32,000 nucleotides of DNA from Xylella taiwanensis (GTDB taxonomy: Bacteria; Pseudomonadota; Gammaproteobacteria; Xanthomonadales; Xanthomonadaceae), in NCBI RefSeq assembly GCF_013177435.1, contig NZ_CP053627.1, positions 2,580,001 through 2,612,000 of the forward strand, in the 5' to 3' direction. Position numbers and translations under genes: made by a program. Below are positions 10,402 to 18,763 of this stretch, in pieces. The notes below the pieces were generated by a model. That model did not search any database. It worked only from the letters and a program-made list of their open reading frames with translations, and had not been told where the DNA came from. Every line of letters starts with the position of its first letter. Positions within the stretch are counted from its first letter, which is position 1.

Positions 10402-10432
10402 AAAAAACCAACGGTTCCTGGTTGGTTTTTTT
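10402..10432. terminator. Symmetric A6-stem-loop-T7 hairpin; possible weak bidirectional intrinsic terminator
   Basis: The sequence is aaaaaaccaac-ggttcctg-gttggttttttt. The arms pair over 11 bp, but only 5 bp of the stem are outside the A/T runs and the stem is GC-poor. Confidence 0.3.
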
Positions 10433-12087
10433 GGCTCGTTCCTCCTCCACGTGCTACAGCGATGCCCCCTGAAAACCGCTTTGATGCGCCTGGATCGGGC
10501 GGATTTCGCATCTCTGGAATAAACGCATCCGAACAACACGCAGCGCGCCCATGCTGCTCTTGCGCCGCGAGGACTGCGACGCTCTGTGCACCTGCACCGC
10601 GGAGCGTGGCGCTGGACGTTGTCTTGCTCATCTCGACCTGGGAAACGACCGCGCCGCGCATGACATCCACGGGTTGCACCATTTGCTGGAAGCGTGGCGT
10701 CATGGCCACCTCACCGTGTGGCAGAGCATCATCACAATCGCCGCGTTGCTGGCCGGTACTGCCAGCAACGCCACGCGGATTGGAGCTGCCCAATGATCGA
10801 CCCCGGCACGGTGGTCTCCGCGGCAGATGTTGCCGTCTCGCGCCAGAAGTCCTGAAGTGGCCCAGCCGTAAGAGCACCCGCGGCCACGCGCGGGTGATAC
10901 AGGACCAGGCGTTGGAGTGCGAGACAGTGCGCAGCACCCCGCAGATCGCCGCGCGCGTCGCAAGCGCAGCTGCCGCGTGGCAGGCCGGATCCATCAAGAC
11001 GCGGCGCGCAGCTGTCGCCCCCAAGGGCAGCACTCCAGCGGGCGCGGGGCCGCTGCACTGTTGGTCAGGGTGATCCCGATGCTCACCTACGGGTTTATGA
11101 CGCTGTACTGCACGACCTACACCGCAGCGGCCAGCGTCACCGCTGGCCGGGGTATGGGCATCCTGCACGCATGGACGGAAGCCAACCAAGCGCTGTGGGC
11201 CGGGGTGCTGGACGTGTAGTTTCTCGGGCACGTGTTCCACCGGGCGGGGTCGTGAGCGACGTGCCTCAAATGGTCATCGCATTGGTGAAGCGCTTCGAGA
11301 GAGTGCAGCGCATCGCGCAGCACGATCTGGGCCGCACGCATCCGTATCCGTACCTCTGAGCGGCTATGTTCTGGAGAATCGGCGACAGCCAGTTGCGCGA
11401 CACCAAACCGCCATCCATCACCGCGGCCACCGTGAACCCCGATCGAACACGCAGCCTCCAAACGGCGCTGCCGACACCCCTGGGTGACGGCCCCGTGCTG
11501 ACCATCACGCCGGAAGCGCCCCGCGCCGCCAGCGTAGACTTCATCTTCCATCTTGAGGCTGGGCGTCTCAGACATCGCCATTGCAGCGCCGTATCCACCA
11601 AGGATTGGGCCACTGTGCTGCAACGGAACAAGGCCGATCAATCTATGACGCTGGCCAGGATGCTGACACGGCGCAAGGCGGCGGCGGTTTGGCGGCTTCG
11701 CAACGCCTGATCCCACACCATGCCGCCGCCGTTGGTTTTACCGCCAAACAACTCCTTACATGTGATCCAGGACAACACGAAGCACGCCCCATGCGCCATT
11801 GATGCAAGGCAGCATGCAGCGCCGCGGTGCCATTGCGCGGCCTCGACATATCCTCACCAACCAGCCTGCTGGATGGGTTTGAGTGCGCCATGAAGACAGC
11901 AGCGACGCCGCTGATGCGCGAGGCCAGGTGCGCTACGTCCAACGTCGCCACAGCCAAGCAGCGCGGGTGCGCATGCTTGGGTGACGGGTGAGCGGGGCTC
12001 GCAACGAGGCGCGCCACGCCTGATATGGCGCGTTTCAGCCAGATGTGCCGCGCTGCAATCTGATGCGCCACCGTTAAACCGCCTTCC

Positions 12088-13035
12088 TCAGTCCGTCGTC
12101 TCTGGGATATCCCAATCACCCAATCTGGCTTCGCCGGTTTGATAGAACTGCTTCACCAGCTTCACGTATTCCAGAAAATCCCGGTTCTCGGTCGCCAGCC
12201 GGTTGGCCATGTCCCAATCGATTTCATCTCTTTCCCGGGCAGGAATTAACACCTGACTGTCTGCCGGATCTTCCACATCCAGTTTGATGAGCCCGATGCC
12301 ATGCGCCGCGAACAACATGCGTAATTCTTTGAGCGTGTGCTGGCCCTCGATCTCCGCGGCGACCAGATAGCCGAAATTCGCCCATGACGAATTGGAGACG
12401 GCCTGAAAGAAACATTCACGCACATTCGACTGGTTGATCAGCACCTTGGCCTCAAACGACCATAACGTGGTGCGCTTGTCGGAATACTGGTTGACACAAT
12501 CGCGGACTTCTTGGTGCCACTCAGCCCCCAAATCCTCCACCCCGACCACGTCCGGGTACAACCATCGGTTGCCGTTGGGCCCTCGCTTGTTGGATGCGCG
12601 CTTCTCGTCGATACGCTTTGAATACACCCCAAATTCCTCCCACAGATACAGCGACAGCAGTGGATAGAGCGCGTGCTCCCCCAGCGTCTTGCCATCGGTG
12701 TTCCTCGTAGTCGCCGTGGCGGCACTTTCAGCCGCCGCCACTTCCGCAACATCTGATTTTTCCGTGTAGTAGTACTTGCGTGGCTTGCCTTCGGTCGTCT
12801 TCAACTCCGGGTGTCGCTTCTGCAACCCAAGACGCCGGGAACCAATTTCCGCCTGCAACTGCTGCACCAAATCGCCATCGGTTTTGATGTTATGGTTTTT
12901 GCTATTGGCTTTTTTCTGCTGACACTCCGCAGGATAGGTGCTAAAGACCCATTCGGCGATCTGCCTTGCCGTCCACTTTTCTTCGGGACGTGCTTTTAAA
13001 CAATCCAATACCGCTTTCCCCAGATTCAATGTCAT
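12088..13035 (-). CDS. HARE-HTH (winged-helix) N-terminal domain fused to a PD-(D/E)xK restriction-endonuclease-fold C-terminal domain; last gene of the type IC R-M tail
   Basis: This is track ORF 12088..13050. I prefer the ATG at 13035 because AAGGAG lies 7 nt upstream of it. The N-terminus LGKAVLDCLKARPEEKWTARQIAEWVFSTYP....GKPRKYYYTE fits the HARE-HTH pattern. The C-terminus has EHALYPLL...WLYPDVVGVE...LWSFEAKVLI...QAVSNS, an E..D..ExK..Q nuclease-core arrangement. The amino-acid composition is protein-like and GC is lower than in the flanks. Confidence 0.75.
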   Translation of the reverse strand: MTLNLGKAVLDCLKARPEEKWTARQIAEWVFSTYPAECQQKKANSKNHNIKTDGDLVQQLQAEIGSRRLGLQKRHPELKTTEGKPRKYYYTEKSDVAEVAAAESAATATTRNTDGKTLGEHALYPLLSLYLWEEFGVYSKRIDEKRASNKRGPNGNRWLYPDVVGVEDLGAEWHQEVRDCVNQYSDKRTTLWSFEAKVLINQSNVRECFFQAVSNSSWANFGYLVAAEIEGQHTLKELRMLFAAHGIGLIKLDVEDPADSQVLIPARERDEIDWDMANRLATENRDFLEYVKLVKQFYQTGEARLGDWDIPETTD

Positions 13036-13046
13036 CACACGCTCCT

Positions 13047-13406
13047 TCACATCTTAAATAACGGCTTGATTGCCTTCTCAGTGGATACCAGGCGCTGCTC
13101 TGTTGCGTAGCGCTTCACCGCGGCGACGCTGGCTTGCGTACGCCACATTTCACGATTGACCCATGTTGCGCCATCAGACGCTTTGATACTGAGCTGGTCG
13201 ATCAGCTTAAACACATCATCCTGCTGATGCGACAGCGACCAGACGCGCTGCGCGCCCATGCATTGTTGCATCTCAAACGAATTGAATCGCACGCCGCTGC
13301 TTGCATTCCACTATTGCAGCAACCGAATGCTTGGTTTGAGCAACGTGTTGTTCTCCTGGTTTTTTGCTTCCAATGGGGCGTTGCAGGCGTTCAGATGGCT
13401 GATCAT
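13047..13406 (-). pseudogene. Small unknown gene (119 codons) with a strong SD+ATG but an in-frame TAG at codon 32. The 81-codon distal part is track ORF 13047..13292.
   Basis: GGAGG-gttga-ATG at 13406 opens MISHLNACNAPLEAKNQENNTLLKPSIRLLQ-TAG(13311-13313)-WNASSGVRFNSFEMQQ...KPLFKM. This is the same frame as the 81-aa track ORF. Its stop (13047) overlaps the SD of the next gene. Confidence 0.4.
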
Positions 13407-13609
13407 TCAACCCTCCGCCGCGTTGCGAATCTGCAACACGCCAAACCGCGGTGTTATCGCAAGCACCACGTCACCCGTGATGTGCTTGCGTTGGAGAACA
13501 AGCGTCGCTCTGGATGGATACAGGTGCGATGCCGCATCGCATTTTTCGACGCAGCTGTTCCATCTGTTGACCTACATCGGCACTGTAGCCGCGGTGTGAC
13601 GCAACACGA

Positions 13610-14326
13610 TCATGTCATCGATGTCTGAATGTTCATCCATCCACCGAGGCAAGATCGTGCCGCAGCAGACATGCGGAGCGCTTGCAGTGCTGCAATCGAC
13701 GTCGTGATCGACCACGGCGCACTTTCATCAAACAGCGTGCTACTGGCAATGTCGGTCAGCACTCTCAATAACCACAGCTGCCATGTCTTCTGGTCCACGT
13801 GCTAGGTCGCTGCGTCTTCATCGATTCTCTGACGCGCGGCAACGCATGCTCTGCGAGGACTCCTCGGGCTTTTCCGATGCAACGTATTGCGTGGGGCGGC
13901 CAGCACCTACAACCTGTCAGGCCATGCATCCCACCGATGCACCTGCAACAGCACACCCTCACGCAACAAACGTGCCTCGTTTTTAAGAAACAGGCATTGC
14001 GCTGCGGGCGCCGGATGTATCACTGCAGATGCGTTGGGTTTTAGAAACGTCAGCACCGCTGTAAGCCACGATGCCAGCAGGGTGCAACCACTCGCGCACT
14101 GAGCTTGGCTCTGCAGCAACGCGGCACCCACCATTGCACCCAGCACGGTAGCCGCACCACCCCGCCCATCATGGCGGTGTATCCACATCACGGGCGCCGC
14201 GGCCTTGAGATGTCCCGTGCTGGAGTACGTCGCATCCTCCTCGATCCGCTCAGCCTCGCGGCGCACCGCGGCCCTCATGGCCTCATGGGCGGTTTGGATT
14301 GAGCGCAGCCGCGCTCCCTGCCTCAC
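13610..14326 (-). pseudogene. SLATT-like two-transmembrane-helix protein gene, start-coupled to the hsdR stop (GTGA) and interrupted by two in-frame TAG codons
   Basis: Track ORFs 13907..14326 and 13610..13798 are in one frame, separated only by TAG at 13907-13909 and TAG at 13802-13804. The sequence RIEEDATYSSTGHLKAA..GGAATVLGAMVGAALL..CTLLASWLTAVLTFLKPNASAVIHPAPAAQCLFLKNEARLLRE matches the remembered SLATT pattern (E.s.lYSaKgHf.AA, two TM helices, FLnP.e.a..H..ag..Y..LrN.aR.f). The distal FDESAPWSITTSIAALQAL resembles the SLATT C-terminal sP.ip..ay..A segment. Confidence 0.5.
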
Positions 14327-17300
14327 GCCAACCCGAAATACCGTTCGAAGAACACAGCGAGTTTGTCCAGGACGATCCGCTTCTTAACGGCGTGGTCATT
14401 ATTCTTCGAGAACCGCGACACTGGCGGCAGAACTTTAGTGATTGCCGTGCCGATGGTCGAGACGCCACCGTCGCGGAACGCATTGTCAATGAATTCGCGA
14501 GCGGCCTCCGCGTTGAGGTTTTCTTCCGTGATGATCCGTTCCAACTCAGCCGTCTTTTTCGCTGCAACAAACGCCTGCCACTGCGCATCCACCTTGGTCT
14601 TGGTGTTGACCGCATCGACAAACTGTTCAATCACGTCTTTCCTGTGGCGCAGGCCAGGGCTGGCATTGACAGCGCCTTCAATGGTGCTGCGGATGTCCTG
14701 ATCATCGCCCGTCCCTTTTTTCTTCAGATACTGGGCGACCAGCCACAGGATGTAATCAACATTGACTTCTACCTGCTTGATGAGTTCGATTTCGAAGACC
14801 ACATCGTCATTGATGGATGCTGTCTCGGTCTCCGAGGTGCTGCGGAATGCCGCGTATAGATTCAAATACACACTCTGATAATCCTGAAAATCGCGCTCAC
14901 TGAGGATCTCGTGACCGGCAAAATCATCAAAGGAGGTCAAAATATTTTTCAGCCTCAGGATTGAGCCGAACAACTGGATAAATTCCTTTTGTGCTGCCTC
15001 GCCGACGATGGCGTTCCCGAGTGGGAATTTCGTAACAAGTTCCGCAACGCGCGTGGTGTAGTCCTGGTAATACGCCGCATAAGGCTTCAACAGCACGATG
15101 CCTTTAGCGTCCTTGTTGCCAAACAGCGCAAGCGCGGCGTTGGTTTCCTGCTCCAGATTGCGGAACGAAACAATGTTGCCGTACGTCTTGACCGAATTGA
15201 GGATGCGGTTAGTGCGCGAATACGCTTGTATCAAGCCGTGCGCCTTCAGGGGTTTGTCCACCCACAAGGTGTTGAGCGTGGTGGCATCAAAGCCGGTCAA
15301 AAACATGTTGACCACGATGACAATGTCCAACTGACGCGTTTTCAGACGCTCCGACACATTCTTGTAGTAGTTCTGAAACTCATCGGCCTTGATGCCGAAG
15401 CGAGTCGCGAACAGGGCGTTGTAATCCTGGATTGCCGCCTGGAGAAAATCCCGTGCACTTTGATCCAATCCCTCCGTTTCAAAGGCTTCCTCACCGAGCA
15501 GGCCATCACTGTCCTGCCCCTGCTCAGTCACGCTATAGATCAACCCCACCTTCAGCCGCTGCGCCTCGGGAAGCTCTTTTTGCTGTGCTGCAAATTCCGC
15601 GTAATAACGTTTGGCGGCCTCAATGGACGCGCAAGCAAACAAGGCGTTGAAGCCTGCGAGACGCTTGCCTTCATGGCTGTAGTGGCTGGCACGCTTGGTT
15701 TTTTGGTCGAAATGCGCGCGAATGTAGCCCACGATCTGAGTGATGCGCTGCGGTGCCAACAGCACCCGTTCGGTGTCGATCGCCGATATCGGCGTGTCCT
15801 GGCTCCCCGGAAGCGCTTTGATCGTGTTGATGTAGTCGATGCGAAACGGCAACACGTTTTTATCGTTGATGGCATCGACAATCGTGTAGGTGTGCAACTT
15901 TTCGCCAAACACCTGCGCGGTGGTGCGTCGCTGCGCGTTACTCGTACCGGCTGAATTCTCCGCAAAAATCGGCGTGCCGGTGAAGCCAAACAGGTGATAA
16001 CGCTGAAACACCCGAATGATGGCGGTATGCATGTCACCAAACTGGCTGCGGTGACACTCATCGAAAATCACCACCACATGGGCCGCATACACCGGGTGCT
16101 TATTGTGCTTGGCAACAAAGCGAGACAGCTTCTGGATCGTGGTGATGATGATGCGGGCATCAGCGTCTTCCAACTGCTGTTGCAGCACCGCCGTGGACGC
16201 ATTCGAGTTAGCCGCCCCTTTCTTGAAGCGCTCGTACTCTTGCATCGTCTGGTGATCCAGATCCTTGCGATCCACCACAAACAGCACCTTGTCGATCCCA
16301 GGCACGCCACACGCCAATTGCGCCGCCTTAAAACTAGTCAAGGTTTTACCGCTGCCGGTGGTGTGCCAGATGTAGCCGCCCGCCGCCACGCTTCCCCACT
16401 GCTTCTGATGGGCGGTGGTAACCATGCGTTGCAGGATGCGTTCGGCGGCCACAATCTGATAGGGCCGCATCACCAGCAAGGTACGATCCACCCGGAAAAC
16501 ACAGTATTTGGTGAGCACGTTTAGCAAGGAATGCTTAGCGAAAAACGTCTTGGTAAACCCCGTCAGTTCCGTAATCGGCTGGTTGCGCGCATCAGCCCAC
16601 CAACTGGTAAAGGCAAAGCTGTTGGAGGTGGTGCTCTTGCGGTGCTTGGCGGTGTGCTCCTTGACATGCGCCGCGCGCACCGTATTGCTGTAGTACTTGG
16701 TCAGCGTGCCATTACTGATCACAAACAGTTGCACGTACTGAAACAACCCCGAGCCCGCCCAAAAACTGCTCTGCTGGTAGCGGGTGATCTGATTGAAAGC
16801 CTCGCGGATATCCACGCCGCGGCGCTTTAACTCGATGTGCACCATCGGCAGGCCATTGACCAACACCGTCACGTCATAACGGTTGCCACGCTCCCCCTTG
16901 ACGGTGTACTGATTGATCACCTGCAAGGTGTTGTTATGGATGTTGTCCTTGTCGATCAAATAGATGTTCTTGGTGGTGCCGTCGTCGCGCTTCAACAGCT
17001 GCACAGGGTCTTCTTGAAGGCGCGCGGTTTTTTCCACGATGCCATCATTCGCGCCTGCGATGCAGGTGCTGAAAAAACGCTCCCACTCCGCCTCAGACAG
17101 GGTGATCTTGTTGAGTTTTTCCAACTGGCGGCGCAGATTGGCCACCAATTCAGCCTCCGAGGTGATGCGCAGATACTCATACGCCTGCTGCTGCAATTGG
17201 TGAATAAACGCCTGTTCCAATTCGGCTTCAGACTGGTACGCCGTCTCACGCACCCCGAGCGTATCGAGCTGAAATTCGGCAACAACTGTGCTGTCGTCAG

Positions 17301-17346
17301 ACACGGCAATGGGCGCGTAACGGAACGGGGTGCGGGGTTCGCTCAT
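14323..17346 (-). CDS. hsdR: Type I restriction enzyme R subunit, EcoR124I-like (type IC)
   Basis: This is track ORF 14323..17598, trimmed to the ATG at 17346 (MSEPRTPF), which overlaps the hsdS stop as ATGA. It is collinear with remembered EcoR124I HsdR blocks: YQSEAELEQAFI, NRYDVTVLVNGLPMVHIELKRRGVDIREAFNQI, LLVMRPYQIVAAERIL, GGYIWHTTGSGKTLTSFKAA, VVDRKDLDHQT, FDECHRSQFG, FGFTGTPIF, FLTGFDATTLNTLWVDK, QAYSRTNRI, EENLNAEAAREFI. Confidence 0.97.
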   Translation of the reverse strand: MSEPRTPFRYAPIAVSDDSTVVAEFQLDTLGVRETAYQSEAELEQAFIHQLQQQAYEYLRITSEAELVANLRRQLEKLNKITLSEAEWERFFSTCIAGANDGIVEKTARLQEDPVQLLKRDDGTTKNIYLIDKDNIHNNTLQVINQYTVKGERGNRYDVTVLVNGLPMVHIELKRRGVDIREAFNQITRYQQSSFWAGSGLFQYVQLFVISNGTLTKYYSNTVRAAHVKEHTAKHRKSTTSNSFAFTSWWADARNQPITELTGFTKTFFAKHSLLNVLTKYCVFRVDRTLLVMRPYQIVAAERILQRMVTTAHQKQWGSVAAGGYIWHTTGSGKTLTSFKAAQLACGVPGIDKVLFVVDRKDLDHQTMQEYERFKKGAANSNASTAVLQQQLEDADARIIITTIQKLSRFVAKHNKHPVYAAHVVVIFDECHRSQFGDMHTAIIRVFQRYHLFGFTGTPIFAENSAGTSNAQRRTTAQVFGEKLHTYTIVDAINDKNVLPFRIDYINTIKALPGSQDTPISAIDTERVLLAPQRITQIVGYIRAHFDQKTKRASHYSHEGKRLAGFNALFACASIEAAKRYYAEFAAQQKELPEAQRLKVGLIYSVTEQGQDSDGLLGEEAFETEGLDQSARDFLQAAIQDYNALFATRFGIKADEFQNYYKNVSERLKTRQLDIVIVVNMFLTGFDATTLNTLWVDKPLKAHGLIQAYSRTNRILNSVKTYGNIVSFRNLEQETNAALALFGNKDAKGIVLLKPYAAYYQDYTTRVAELVTKFPLGNAIVGEAAQKEFIQLFGSILRLKNILTSFDDFAGHEILSERDFQDYQSVYLNLYAAFRSTSETETASINDDVVFEIELIKQVEVNVDYILWLVAQYLKKKGTGDDQDIRSTIEGAVNASPGLRHRKDVIEQFVDAVNTKTKVDAQWQAFVAAKKTAELERIITEENLNAEAAREFIDNAFRDGGVSTIGTAITKVLPPVSRFSKNNDHAVKKRIVLDKLAVFFERYFGLA

Positions 17347-18515
17347 CTGGCTTCCTTGAAGGTGAGTAGCCGGTCGCGGTAATACGCATATTGCTGGCGG
17401 CGGGCTTGGATTTCGGCGGGCAGACCGAAGGAAATATCGTTGACCAGCGCATCGAAGCGATCGAGGATGGCAACGATGCGGGCTTGTTCTTCTAGAGGGG
17501 GAATGGGAATCGCATAACTTTTGATGATCCCGGAATTCAAATCGGCTCGCGCGCCCTGCCCCAAAGCCTTGAGCCTCTCGTATTCCTTGCTGACCCAATG
17601 AAATACGTATCTGTAATTGGCTTGAGTCGGATCAACTTCCAAGTTGCAACAGTGTTGGTTGGTAGTCAGCGGAATCTTATTGATTGCAGACCGGGCTGCT
17701 GTTGCACCTGATATAGCGACAATGACGCAATTGGCCGGAATCCATTTTGCCGCCGACTCCTTGAGCCCCTTCTCAGTGATTTTAATTTCAGTATCCAAAA
17801 TATCTGTATATCGGACTTCCTGAGTACGCAACCACGGAATATCACCTCCGTAGTAATCGGTACGCGTAGATAATGGGGTTCCGCCAGACGAAACAGATTT
17901 GCAAATCTCACCCAAAGTCATCCACCTGATGCTTGCATCAACATCCGTGCGCTCACCGAACGTCAAGAGCGCATCGCGATAGTAGGTGTACTGCCGCCGA
18001 CGCGCATGCAACTCCGCATGCAACTCCGCATGCAACTGGGTGAAAGTATCAAGCATTTTCACGATTTCGCGTTGCACTTCGAGGGGTGGAAGGGGGGCTT
18101 TGACTTGATCAAGCGTTCCAACTGCAAGCGCAGGCTGCGCCGCTTTCGTCGCGTACTGATTCAAATTCATGACGGAAAGCAAATGGAATGCCCAATCCAT
18201 GTCCACTTCAACTTTTCCATTGCAGACAACAGCATTATCTGTTGCGAAGAATTTCCCGTGAGTTCGCTTCACATTTCCACACAGTGCACCTATTCGCCCG
18301 ATGAGGATGTACTTGCCCTCTTGATTGTTTTGCCGAACGAACCCACGGATACCATTACTGCCATAGCACGGATACAGAAAATGCTCGTCTTGGATTTTGG
18401 ATATTTCATTGGAGGAAATGAACTTTCCTGCCTTCATGTCGAATATCTCACACAGTGTCTTAAACTCCACCCCCTCTGGGCAAAGCGCTGCAATCAACTC
18501 ATCAATCCGACTCAT
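17343..18515 (-). CDS. hsdS: Type I R-M specificity subunit with two target-recognition domains
   Basis: The conserved spacer motif occurs twice: LEVQREIVKMLDTFTQLHAELHAELHARRRQYTYYRDALLTF (central) and LEEQARIVAILDRFDALVNDISFGLPAEIQARRQQYAYYRDRLLTF (C-terminal). Two AT-richer variable blocks lie between them. It sits between hsdM and hsdR, and its stop forms an ATGA overlap with the hsdR start. Confidence 0.95.
   Translation of the reverse strand: MSRIDELIAALCPEGVEFKTLCEIFDMKAGKFISSNEISKIQDEHFLYPCYGSNGIRGFVRQNNQEGKYILIGRIGALCGNVKRTHGKFFATDNAVVCNGKVEVDMDWAFHLLSVMNLNQYATKAAQPALAVGTLDQVKAPLPPLEVQREIVKMLDTFTQLHAELHAELHARRRQYTYYRDALLTFGERTDVDASIRWMTLGEICKSVSSGGTPLSTRTDYYGGDIPWLRTQEVRYTDILDTEIKITEKGLKESAAKWIPANCVIVAISGATAARSAINKIPLTTNQHCCNLEVDPTQANYRYVFHWVSKEYERLKALGQGARADLNSGIIKSYAIPIPPLEEQARIVAILDRFDALVNDISFGLPAEIQARRQQYAYYRDRLLTFKEAR
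18004..18039. repeat. Three tandem 12-bp units (gcatgcaactcc x2, gcatgcaactgg) encoding QLHA-ELHA-ELHA in the central conserved region of hsdS
   Basis: Read directly: units at 18004-18015, 18016-18027 and 18028-18039. Only the last two bases of unit 3 differ. Confidence 0.95.
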
Positions 18516-18517
18516 GC

Positions 18518-18763
18518 CTATTTCTTTCCACTGATTGTTTTCTGCAGCGTCTGCACCGTTTCCAAAGAGGCCACCTCCACATCAAACACCTGGGCGGCGC
18601 AGTGCGCACGGTCTTGCTGATAGTCCACTGCAACGTTACCCATCGCTTGCTGGTCACTGATGTGGCGCGCGCGTTGCCAGGCGGTGCCGCGCATGGCGAC
18701 GCTCCATGGCTGCACATGGGAGCGCCGCTGTTTGATGATGTCACCACTGGGTAGCTCACTCAT
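18518..18763 (-). CDS. Unknown 81-aa protein encoded between hsdM and hsdS
   Basis: Its ATG overlaps the hsdM stop (ccATGAgt at 18760-18763). Its TAG stop is 2 nt before the hsdS ATG (18515). I recognise no motif. The alternative-frame ORF 18502..18759 is Ser/Cys/Pro/Arg-rich and less plausible. Confidence 0.55.
   Translation of the reverse strand: MSELPSGDIIKQRRSHVQPWSVAMRGTAWQRARHISDQQAMGNVAVDYQQDRAHCAAQVFDVEVASLETVQTLQKTISGKK

Noticed and set aside
10126-11240. ORFs 10126..11073 (+, 315 aa) and 10311..11240 (-, 309 aa) as real genes
   Set aside because: They are mutually antisense, Cys/Arg/Pro/Ala-rich, and have no recognisable motif or start signal. ORFs are open in nearly all six frames here, as expected for non-coding GC-rich DNA.
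17347-17598. 84-codon N-terminal extension of hsdR in track ORF 14323..17598 (MGQQGIREAQGF...)
   Set aside because: It overlaps the 3-prime end of hsdS and has an Arg/Ser/Pro-rich nonsense composition. The ATG at 17346 gives the family-typical N-terminus and an ATGA overlap with the hsdS stop.
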